From: an uncultured Desulfobulbus sp. | Lineage (GTDB): Bacteria; Desulfobacterota; Desulfobulbia; Desulfobulbales; Desulfobulbaceae | Length of the DNA: 28,474 nt | Direction: 5' to 3' | Assembly (NCBI GenBank): GCA_964593645.1 | Contig: CAZQKF010000001.1 | Span: 1-28,474, forward strand | In this document: in pieces, positions 17,951 to 25,341 of the stretch | How positions within the stretch are numbered: the first letter of the stretch is position 1 | How the letters are laid out: the number at the start of each line of letters is the position of its first letter | Program-made: the position numbers and the translations under genes | The notes under the pieces: model-generated | Seen by the model: the letters and a program-made list of their open reading frames with translations, nothing else | What the model was told of the DNA's origin: nothing | The model's database searches: none

Positions 17951-18357
17951 AACATCGAGATTTATTTGACGCAAAAGTATCTGATGATATCAACGTAACA
18001 CCATTACTTGATCTTGCCTGGACTCTGCTCGTCGTGTTCATCATTGCGGTCACCGCCTCCGTTCAGGGGATAAAGGTCAATATCCCCAAGGCTAGTGATT
18101 CCCCTAGTCTGCAAAAACCGAAAACCAAGGCTATCTCCATTATGGATAAAGGCCAGATTTATCTCGATGCCTACCCCGTGAGCATGGAGGAACTAGAGAC
18201 GTTGCTGCGGCAATACAAGGCGGCTGATCCCGATCTGCCAGTGGTGATCAAGGGAGATGCAAAGGTGTACTATCAGCAAATCGTTTCGGTGCTTGATCTC
18301 CTGCAGCGCCTGGATATCACCCAGCTAGGTCTGGTGACCCAGCGGTTGGTTAAATGA
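17947..18357 (+). CDS. exbD: ExbD/TolR-family biopolymer transport protein
   Basis: ATGA overlap with exbB. INVTPLLDLAWTLLVVFII carries the conserved transmembrane Asp. VVIKGDAKVYYQQIVSVLD matches the C-terminal domain. Confidence 0.93.
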   Translation: MKHRDLFDAKVSDDINVTPLLDLAWTLLVVFIIAVTASVQGIKVNIPKASDSPSLQKPKTKAISIMDKGQIYLDAYPVSMEELETLLRQYKAADPDLPVVIKGDAKVYYQQIVSVLDLLQRLDITQLGLVTQRLVK

Positions 18358-18414
18358 GGTCAAACGGAAATAGAAAGTTTCCTGATGACGGTTGCCAAAT
18401 GATGGTGTGCGCAC

Positions 18415-19104
18415 ATGTCTAAAAAAAAGAAGCATAATAAACATATTCCCAAAGGTCTTGTGATTGGCCTAATCCTTGTTGTTGTATTGGCGATGTTGGC
18501 CGCTGGCTTTGTGCTTATTAAGCAGTTGGTCACCGATGATGGTCATAAACGGCAGCGTCAGATCCAGAAGATCACTTTGGTCAAGCCTCCCGAGCCCCCG
18601 AAGATCAAGGAGAAACCGCCTGAGCCTGTGCATAAAAAGGAAAAGGTGATCGAGCAGCAGCAGAAAGAGGTGCCGAAGCCGCAGGAAGCCAAGGCCGACA
18701 ACGAGCCACCTCCCGGCGATGAGCTGGGCCTTGATGCTGAAGGCAGCGGCAGCGGCGACTCATTCGGTTTGAAGGCGAGAAAGGGGGGCAGGGCGCTCAT
18801 CGGCGGTAATGGTGGTGGCACTGGCTACGGTTGGTACACCAAGCGGATCGCCGATGAGCTGCAGCAATTGGTTAACAAACTTGTCCGGGACAAAGGCGGG
18901 ATCAAGGAAAAGGGCTTGAAAACCGAGATTCGGATCAAGCTGGATGATGTTGGCCGGATAGTGGATTTTACCATTATCGGCCCATCTGGAAACAATGAAC
19001 TGGATAACGCAGTTCGGCTGGCGCTAACGTCGGCCCAGCTCAGCGATCCGCCGCCCTATGGTATGTCCCGGGTGCTTAAGTTTAGGATCAGACCCAAAGG
19101 TTGA
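18415..19104 (+). CDS. TonB/TolA-like energy transducer
   Basis: Single N-terminal transmembrane helix, a Pro/Lys/Glu-rich linker (KPPEPPKIKEKPPEP), and a C-terminal domain with IKLDDVGRIVDF...SGNNELDNAVRLAL. Lies directly after exbBD. Confidence 0.85.
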   Translation: MSKKKKHNKHIPKGLVIGLILVVVLAMLAAGFVLIKQLVTDDGHKRQRQIQKITLVKPPEPPKIKEKPPEPVHKKEKVIEQQQKEVPKPQEAKADNEPPPGDELGLDAEGSGSGDSFGLKARKGGRALIGGNGGGTGYGWYTKRIADELQQLVNKLVRDKGGIKEKGLKTEIRIKLDDVGRIVDFTIIGPSGNNELDNAVRLALTSAQLSDPPPYGMSRVLKFRIRPKG

Positions 19105-19220
19105 TGGATGTATTTTTGTTTTCGGGGGAAGTTTGTTTTTGTAAAGGCATCATTAATTCTATAGTTGCCCCGTTACCATACCCCAGAATTTTGTTAATTT
19201 TATAAAGATTAGGAGTTTTC

Positions 19221-20771
19221 ATGTTACGGAAGATATTAAAAAAAAGCATTATCGTGGGGTTGTGCGGCGGCTTGCTGCTGGTGCCTTGCCGGGGAAAAGC
19301 GGCGGAAGAGAGCACATCGAGCGGCCTTGAAGCCCTGATTCAACTACTCAAGGAAAAAAAGGTCGTTTCAGGCGAGGAGGCAGCCCGTTTCACCAGGAAG
19401 TTACGGCAAACCGAGCGGCAGGAAGAGACAAAAAAGGTGATAACCATAATCCCCCGGGGCCAAATGTATATGAAGCAGCTTACTGATACGGTGGCAGCCG
19501 ACATTAAGGATCAGGTCAAGGATCAGGTCAAGTATGAGATAAAGGACGAGGTGGTTCGGGAGATAAAGCTGGGAGAAAGGACGGGGCCAGTGCCCTCATG
19601 GACCCAGCGTATACGATGGGGCGGCGATATCCGTCTGCGGCACCAGCAGGATCTATTCGATAAGGAAAACGGCCTCGTACAGAACCCCAGCGATCCGGAC
19701 TTTCTTTTGAATAGCACAGCCAACCGGACTCGTGAGCGCATCAGGGTCAGGGTCGCCTTGAAGGCGGAGGTCAATGATCAGGTAGAGGTCGGGGTACGAC
19801 TGTCCAGTGGCAACGAAAGAGAACCAGTTTCCACTAACGATACCTTGGGAGATTACTTAAACAAAGACGGTTTTGTCCTTGATCAAGCTTTTATTCGCTG
19901 GGTGCCGATACCCGAGGTTACCCTGCTGGGTGGCAGGATGCCGAACCCCTTTTTCTCAAGTGATCTGGTCTGGGACGGAGACGTTAATTTTGAGGGCATC
20001 GCCGTTCAGATTAATAAGCCGCTAGTTGGAATTTGGCGCAGCTTTGCCAATCTTGGTTATTTCCCCATCCAGGAGGTGGCGCTTTCCCAGCATGACAAAT
20101 ACATGATTGGCACCCAGGTGGGACTCGAGTACGAGCCGCGCCCTGAAATCCTCGGCAAATTCGGGATCGCCTACTATGATTATCACAATATTACCGGCGT
20201 TTCGAATACTGCAAACAATACTGGTTATTTCGATTATACATTGCCTGCCTTTCGGCAATGGGGCAATGATTATTACGATATCAACACTTTTGTCAGCACT
20301 GCAGGTACCCCGGTGGCCTATGGACTGGATTCCGAGTTCAGACTGCTGAACCTCACCATGTCCCTCGATGTGGCTCTCTTCACTCCAGTCGATATAGCCC
20401 TGAAACTGGACTACGTTACTAATCTGGCTTTTGACCATGACGAGATTCTGAAACGCACTGGCGAATCACTAGACAGGGAGACGGATGGCTTTATGGTGGG
20501 GCTGGCGGTGGGTTACTCTAAAGTTACCCATCTTGGCGAGTGGAAAACCTCCATTGCCTATAAGTATCTTGAGAAAAATGCTGTACTCGATGCCTTTACC
20601 GATTCAGATTTTCATCTGGGCGGCACTAACGCCAAGGGCTGGATAATCGGTGTTGATGTCGGTCTGTACGATAATACATGGGCCACCGCCCGCTGGCTGA
20701 GTAGTGATGTGATTTCCGGGGTACCATACTCCATTGACACATTGCAGATAGATTTGAATACCCGTTTCTAG
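19221..20771 (+). CDS. Putative outer-membrane porin (Porin_5-like) with N-terminal helical extension
   Basis: Signal peptide; LIQLLKEKKVVSGEEA motif; barrel start WTQRIRWGGDIRLR; DSDFHLGGTN; terminal beta-signal TLQIDLNTRF. Confidence 0.8.
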   Translation: MLRKILKKSIIVGLCGGLLLVPCRGKAAEESTSSGLEALIQLLKEKKVVSGEEAARFTRKLRQTERQEETKKVITIIPRGQMYMKQLTDTVAADIKDQVKDQVKYEIKDEVVREIKLGERTGPVPSWTQRIRWGGDIRLRHQQDLFDKENGLVQNPSDPDFLLNSTANRTRERIRVRVALKAEVNDQVEVGVRLSSGNEREPVSTNDTLGDYLNKDGFVLDQAFIRWVPIPEVTLLGGRMPNPFFSSDLVWDGDVNFEGIAVQINKPLVGIWRSFANLGYFPIQEVALSQHDKYMIGTQVGLEYEPRPEILGKFGIAYYDYHNITGVSNTANNTGYFDYTLPAFRQWGNDYYDINTFVSTAGTPVAYGLDSEFRLLNLTMSLDVALFTPVDIALKLDYVTNLAFDHDEILKRTGESLDRETDGFMVGLAVGYSKVTHLGEWKTSIAYKYLEKNAVLDAFTDSDFHLGGTNAKGWIIGVDVGLYDNTWATARWLSSDVISGVPYSIDTLQIDLNTRF

Positions 20772-20790
20772 CGGCAAGAGGAATACTGAC

Positions 20791-21495
20791 ATGAAAAAAA
20801 TTATTAATGTTTTGGTAGTGTTGCTTGTCCTGGTCGGCTTCGGGACAGCAGGATATATGAAGTTGCAGCTCGCAAGGGAAAAGAAAATGTCGGCAGATGT
20901 TGAGCTACAGTTGGAGAAGCTTCAAGCCAGAAATACCGGTTTGCATCAGAAATATCTGGAACAAAAAGCCATCGCTTCTGGTCTTATGAGGAGTAAACAG
21001 GCGGTCGAGAGTAATCAACGCAGGGGTGAGGAGAAGATTGAGCAGCTTCAGGCCGAAAAGGATAAGCTGCTGGCGGCAATCAAAAAGCAGGATTTGAAAT
21101 CTGAAAAGGCACTGCAGGATATGCAGAAAAAACTCAAAGGTCTGGCTGTCGAAAAAGAGGAATGTGCCGAAACCATCAAGAAAAGTCAGGAAGATGTTGT
21201 AGCTTTAAAGAATGTAATAACCGCCAAGGAAGCAAAGATAACTGATCTTGAACGCCGGAAAACACAGGCATTGGCAAAATTTTCCTCCACCGATTCCCGT
21301 CTTACTATCTGTGCTGGAAACAATCTCAAACTACGAGATATCGCCAACGAACTAGCCGAGTTGTATAAGAATAAGGGAGTTGTCGGGGCTATCTTTGATG
21401 AAGAACGGTTGATTCAGTACCGCCAGGTAGAGATTGAAAAATTGTTGCAGGAGTATGATGAGCGCATTGACAAACTGCAGTATTCCCTTCATTAA
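20791..21495 (+). CDS. Membrane-anchored or exported coiled-coil protein of unknown function
   Basis: N-terminal hydrophobic segment, ~150 aa of K/E/Q/L-rich heptads, and a C-terminal block CAGNNLKL...LYKNKG...EERLIQYRQVEIEKLLQEY. Confidence 0.8.
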   Translation: MKKIINVLVVLLVLVGFGTAGYMKLQLAREKKMSADVELQLEKLQARNTGLHQKYLEQKAIASGLMRSKQAVESNQRRGEEKIEQLQAEKDKLLAAIKKQDLKSEKALQDMQKKLKGLAVEKEECAETIKKSQEDVVALKNVITAKEAKITDLERRKTQALAKFSSTDSRLTICAGNNLKLRDIANELAELYKNKGVVGAIFDEERLIQYRQVEIEKLLQEYDERIDKLQYSLH

Positions 21496-21506
21496 CAGCT
21501 TGTTTC

Positions 21507-22184
21507 ATGAGGCGCTATTTTGGGGCCGTGGCCGTTGGACTGGCACTTTTCGCCGCCCAGCAGGTGCATGGTAAGTTGGTGGTGATGCCTGAAGGAGGTG
21601 ATATGGAAACAATTACCGATAAATACGGTCAAGCGGCCTCCAGACGCATCACTGCATGGATGAACCTGGTGAAGGATGCCCGAAAGCTGGTAACCAGAGA
21701 AAAACTGGAACAGGTCAATAGCTTTTTTAATCGCCTTCCGAACGTCTCCGATATCCAGCAATGGCAGGTCAATGATTATTGGGAAACTCCCTTTGAACTG
21801 CTCATTGTTAATGGCGGTGATTGTGAGGACTTTGTTATTGCAAAGTATTTTACCTTGAGGGAGTTGGGTATTCCAGAGGAAAGGATGCGCATCGCCTATG
21901 TTAAGGCCTTTATGTCTGACCGATCCATCGTCTCACACATGGTTCTCACCTATTATTCGTGCCTACAATGTGAGCCGCTTATACTTGATAATCTTACCGA
22001 TTCCATCCAGTCCTCCTCAAGTCGAAAGGATCTGGTGCCCGTCTACAGTTTTCAGGGTTATGATTTGATCAGTTCCAGGGAAAAAAAGGAAAATTTGGTC
22101 AACAATACCGCAGAAAAAGGCATACCGCGTTGGGATGAGTTGCTGCAACGCATAGAAGTTCAGGAAAAGATCCTGGAAAAATGA
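21507..22184 (+). CDS. lapG: LapG-like periplasmic transglutaminase-like cysteine protease (BTLCP)
   Basis: Signal peptide; LEQVNSFFN; DYWETPFE; GDCEDFVIAKYFTL (Cys at 21822); HMVL; ILDNL. The Cys-His-Asp triad is present and the gene is adjacent to lapD. Confidence 0.92.
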   Translation: MRRYFGAVAVGLALFAAQQVHGKLVVMPEGGDMETITDKYGQAASRRITAWMNLVKDARKLVTREKLEQVNSFFNRLPNVSDIQQWQVNDYWETPFELLIVNGGDCEDFVIAKYFTLRELGIPEERMRIAYVKAFMSDRSIVSHMVLTYYSCLQCEPLILDNLTDSIQSSSSRKDLVPVYSFQGYDLISSREKKENLVNNTAEKGIPRWDELLQRIEVQEKILEK

Positions 22185-22242
22185 TGAAGAAGGTTGCCGC
22201 TAAATCCGTAATCGGATTTACATCAGATAAGGCCCAAAAACG

Positions 22243-24189
22243 ATGAGATTTACATTTACCGCTATTATTTTTCTTTCCTTGCTTATGCTGATTCTTTTTT
22301 CTGGGGCAGTGTCAATCTCTTTGAAGATATCACAGGGGTATCTTACGAAACAGCTTGATGATCATGCCCAGGATACCGCTACAGCTCTGGCCGCTGTCCT
22401 CAATCAGGCGCTTGCGAAAGAGGATAGGGTTATGGTTCAGACACTATTGCGGGCACTTGTCGATCACGGACAGTACAACAGCATGGTAGTGTTACGTCAC
22501 GGCAAGAAGTTCATCGCCGTACGGCGGGAAATGAAAGATCTCGCAGGAGTGCCGGCCTGGTTTATGGAGCTGCTGCCGATGAGTGTTTCGCCGTGCCATG
22601 CTGAAATTTTTAATGGCTGGCGGAAGATAGGTCGGATAAGTGTCAGCAGTTATACCGGCATCGTCTATGAACAGCTCTGGCAGATTTGTAAAAATATCTT
22701 GCTGCTTTTCGGGGTTGTCTGGATGGTTGCTTACCTGCTTTTGGCCGGGCTTCTCGCCTTACTGCTGGTGCCTCTCAAGCAAATGGAAAGACAGGCTATC
22801 CAGATTGGCAGCAGAAATTTTGCCGTGAATCCGAGAAAACCCTGGTTCAAGGAATTCTCTACTACTGTCGATGCTTTAAACCTGATGTCTGTAACCATCA
22901 GTAAAATATTAGCTGATCAGGCTGTCGTTATTGAAAATCTACGCTGCCAGGCCAGTCGAGACCATGTCACAAACCTCGATATTTTTGAATATTTTCGGCA
23001 CGATGGTTCCGGATGCGCAAAAACTTATCCAACGGATGGCAAAAGGGCAGCCATTTCGCTGCAAATAACCGGGCTTAACGAGATCAACCGCAGGATCAAC
23101 AGGGCGTACGGGGACAGGGTAATAAGACTTCTTGCCGATATCTTCAGCAGTTGCTGTAAACGCATTGATCCACAGTGTTTGGTCTGCCGGGTTGCTGGGG
23201 CTGGTCTCTTTGCGGTGCTTGCGGCGGGAGGTGTTGATGAGTTAAAAAAACATCTCCCGTTCATGGTTGCTGCACTCCGGAAAGATCTGCCTTGCCCCGC
23301 CGATGAAATCATTGGCGTGAGAGCTGGAGCCTTTTTTTGTGATGCTGCCCAATCACTAGCTGAACTCCACCTTAAGGCGGAAAGGGTTGTCGCAACAATT
23401 GTGCTGCCCTGGCAGTGGAGAGTGCAGGCGATGGATGAAGTGGAAACAAATGTTGTCGGTAGGGGGGAAGGAATTGAGAGTCTTATCAATGGCAAAATTA
23501 CTACCGGCGATTTTGAACTTACCTCTGTTCGGGTAACGTATTTGTCAGATAACGGTATGGATCATCATGAATTGCTCCTGACACTGGATGATGGCAAGGG
23601 GGAAAAGTTGCGGGCTGGTCTGCTTTTGCCTGTTGCTGGGAGGCTTGGTCTCCTCCAGACTCTAGACCGTAAGGTGATGGAGAAGGTGTTTCTTCTGCTC
23701 TGTGCCGAGGCAAAAAAAGCATGCTATGCGGTGAATGTGAGCACCGTCTCGTTATTGGAGGAAGAGTTCCAGCAATGGCTGCTTGACAAGCTGAACTTGT
23801 TGACGGAAGAACAAAGAGGAAGGCTGCTACTCGAAACCTCCGAATCTCTGTGCGGTATGCACGGTGTGGCTACTTTTGTGCCATGGCTTGGAAAAATAAG
23901 GGGACTTGGATGTAAATTCGGTTTTGATCATTTTGGCATTCATCCCGAGGGCTTAACCATGTTACCGATTATACAGCCTGATTATGTAAAGATCGATCGT
24001 AGCCTGCTGATCGACATTACCCACGAGGCGGCATTCGGCAATCTTGTCCGTACCTTGTCCTCTACAGTACATGGATTTGGAATTACCTGCATTGCGCCGC
24101 TTATGAGTCTGGAGACGGACAGGCAGGTTCTGGTCTCACTGGGTGTTGACGGAGTTGTAGAGCCGATTGCGGCGGCGGAACCTGGCTAG
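22243..24189 (+). CDS. lapD: LapD-like inner-membrane receptor (periplasmic output domain, HAMP, degenerate GGDEF, degenerate EAL)
   Basis: QLDDHAQDTATAL; VPAWFMELLP; GWRK loop (22615-22626); second transmembrane helix and HAMP; DHVTNL; RVAGAGLF in place of GGDEF; FGFDHFG and PDYVKIDRS. Confidence 0.88.
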   Translation: MRFTFTAIIFLSLLMLILFSGAVSISLKISQGYLTKQLDDHAQDTATALAAVLNQALAKEDRVMVQTLLRALVDHGQYNSMVVLRHGKKFIAVRREMKDLAGVPAWFMELLPMSVSPCHAEIFNGWRKIGRISVSSYTGIVYEQLWQICKNILLLFGVVWMVAYLLLAGLLALLLVPLKQMERQAIQIGSRNFAVNPRKPWFKEFSTTVDALNLMSVTISKILADQAVVIENLRCQASRDHVTNLDIFEYFRHDGSGCAKTYPTDGKRAAISLQITGLNEINRRINRAYGDRVIRLLADIFSSCCKRIDPQCLVCRVAGAGLFAVLAAGGVDELKKHLPFMVAALRKDLPCPADEIIGVRAGAFFCDAAQSLAELHLKAERVVATIVLPWQWRVQAMDEVETNVVGRGEGIESLINGKITTGDFELTSVRVTYLSDNGMDHHELLLTLDDGKGEKLRAGLLLPVAGRLGLLQTLDRKVMEKVFLLLCAEAKKACYAVNVSTVSLLEEEFQQWLLDKLNLLTEEQRGRLLLETSESLCGMHGVATFVPWLGKIRGLGCKFGFDHFGIHPEGLTMLPIIQPDYVKIDRSLLIDITHEAAFGNLVRTLSSTVHGFGITCIAPLMSLETDRQVLVSLGVDGVVEPIAAAEPG

Positions 24190-24306
24190 AAGGCTGTCCG
24201 AGAATAGAAGCCGTAGCGAGAAGTTGGAGAATTGAGACCAATTTCTCCGGCTTCGATGTTTGCGCTTATCTGCAGTAGGTTCTCTATTCTTGAGCAAGCC
24301 TCCTAG
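24186..24306. mobile_element. 113-bp non-autonomous IS-derived element (MITE-like) between two CTAG copies
   Basis: CTAG at 24186-24189 and 24303-24306. Imperfect terminal inverted repeats AAGGCTGTCCGAGAATAG and (reverse complement) GAGGCTTGCTCAAGAATAG. Internal inverted repeats. Homologous ends occur at 26541 and 28454. Confidence 0.75.
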
Positions 24307-24390
24307 GCTGCCGGATGCGGGTGAATTGAACTGAAGGACAATGTACACTTTATTAACAATCAGATTACAGTTATCCCTGGAGGGAAAAGC

Positions 24391-25320
24391 TTGAGGAACT
24401 ATGGTGCAGCAGTGAAATATCCATGGAGTATATTCATCTTTGTTGTCCTGTCATTATCCGGTTGTACTACTTTCCGGGAGATCAATGTTGATATGATCCG
24501 TCTGGGCAGTGACAGCCAGCCTCTTTATTCTCAGGACAGTTCGTTTGAAGCGGCGGCAAGACGACTGTTGGTCGACCGTAAAGGGTACCAGCTGGTGGTA
24601 TGGCAGGGACGTTTCTACCTGTTTGATGACGTTGCATCAAGAGCAGCCTTTATGGTCTCAGGAAAGCTTAATTCCAAGGCAGAATCTAGTGCCTCTGCAG
24701 CAGGCCCTTTTGGAGAAATGGTCACTGCGGTATCAGGGAAAGAAAAGTCGGCGGCATCCCAACTACTGGAAATTTTTAAATCCATGCCTTTGCTCCTGAT
24801 TCGCAAGAGCAATGATTTTTTTGTCTGGTACTATCAGGATTACCTTTATGTCATTGGGAAATATGAAAGCAGCCTTCAGTTTGAGCAATTTTATATTCTA
24901 CCGAATACCGAAAGCCGTTTCAAGATGGGCCCGCATGGTGAAATTGTGATGTTTGAAATTGACAATAAGGACAGCAGTCTGAAAGAACGGTTGCTTGCCC
25001 AGTTCAAGGAAATAGCCTGGCCGCTCGAAGCAGCCAGTGATGATTATTTTGTCTGGAAATACCGGGGCCGGATCTACATCCTTGGTGACAGAAAGGCGAA
25101 CCGACTTTTTGCTAAAAGTCACTCCATCAGTTATTCAAAAAATGATCGGCAGATGGATTCTTATTCGATTAGACAAGGGATGCCAGGTTCGCGCATATAC
25201 CTTAATGCCGGTCAGCATGGCGAAATGGTGGTGGTTGAGGACGACCCGCATCAACCGGATATGGCCTTAAAGCTGTTCAGAAAATACCTTGGTGCGGAAA
25301 ACCTTGAGGGACTTTTCTGA
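24391..25320 (+). CDS. Lipoprotein with three ~76-aa internal repeats, function unknown
   Basis: GGAGG RBS 7 nt before TTG; lipobox LSGC. Repeats start near 24580, 24811 and 25039 and share VW-x3-4-Y...F...G[PQ]xGExV. Confidence 0.85.
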   Translation: MRNYGAAVKYPWSIFIFVVLSLSGCTTFREINVDMIRLGSDSQPLYSQDSSFEAAARRLLVDRKGYQLVVWQGRFYLFDDVASRAAFMVSGKLNSKAESSASAAGPFGEMVTAVSGKEKSAASQLLEIFKSMPLLLIRKSNDFFVWYYQDYLYVIGKYESSLQFEQFYILPNTESRFKMGPHGEIVMFEIDNKDSSLKERLLAQFKEIAWPLEAASDDYFVWKYRGRIYILGDRKANRLFAKSHSISYSKNDRQMDSYSIRQGMPGSRIYLNAGQHGEMVVVEDDPHQPDMALKLFRKYLGAENLEGLF

Positions 25321-25341
25321 TTGAACTTTCTCCTCGTGTTT

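Noticed and set aside
18358-18414. c-di-GMP-I riboswitch between exbD and the tonB-like gene
   Set aside because: There is only a short GGAAA/TTTCC hairpin. The conserved two-stem GEMM architecture is absent and the gap is too short.
21960-21974. c-type haem-binding motif in LapG (and CPWC in the thioredoxin domain)
   Set aside because: Neither CxxC is followed by His.
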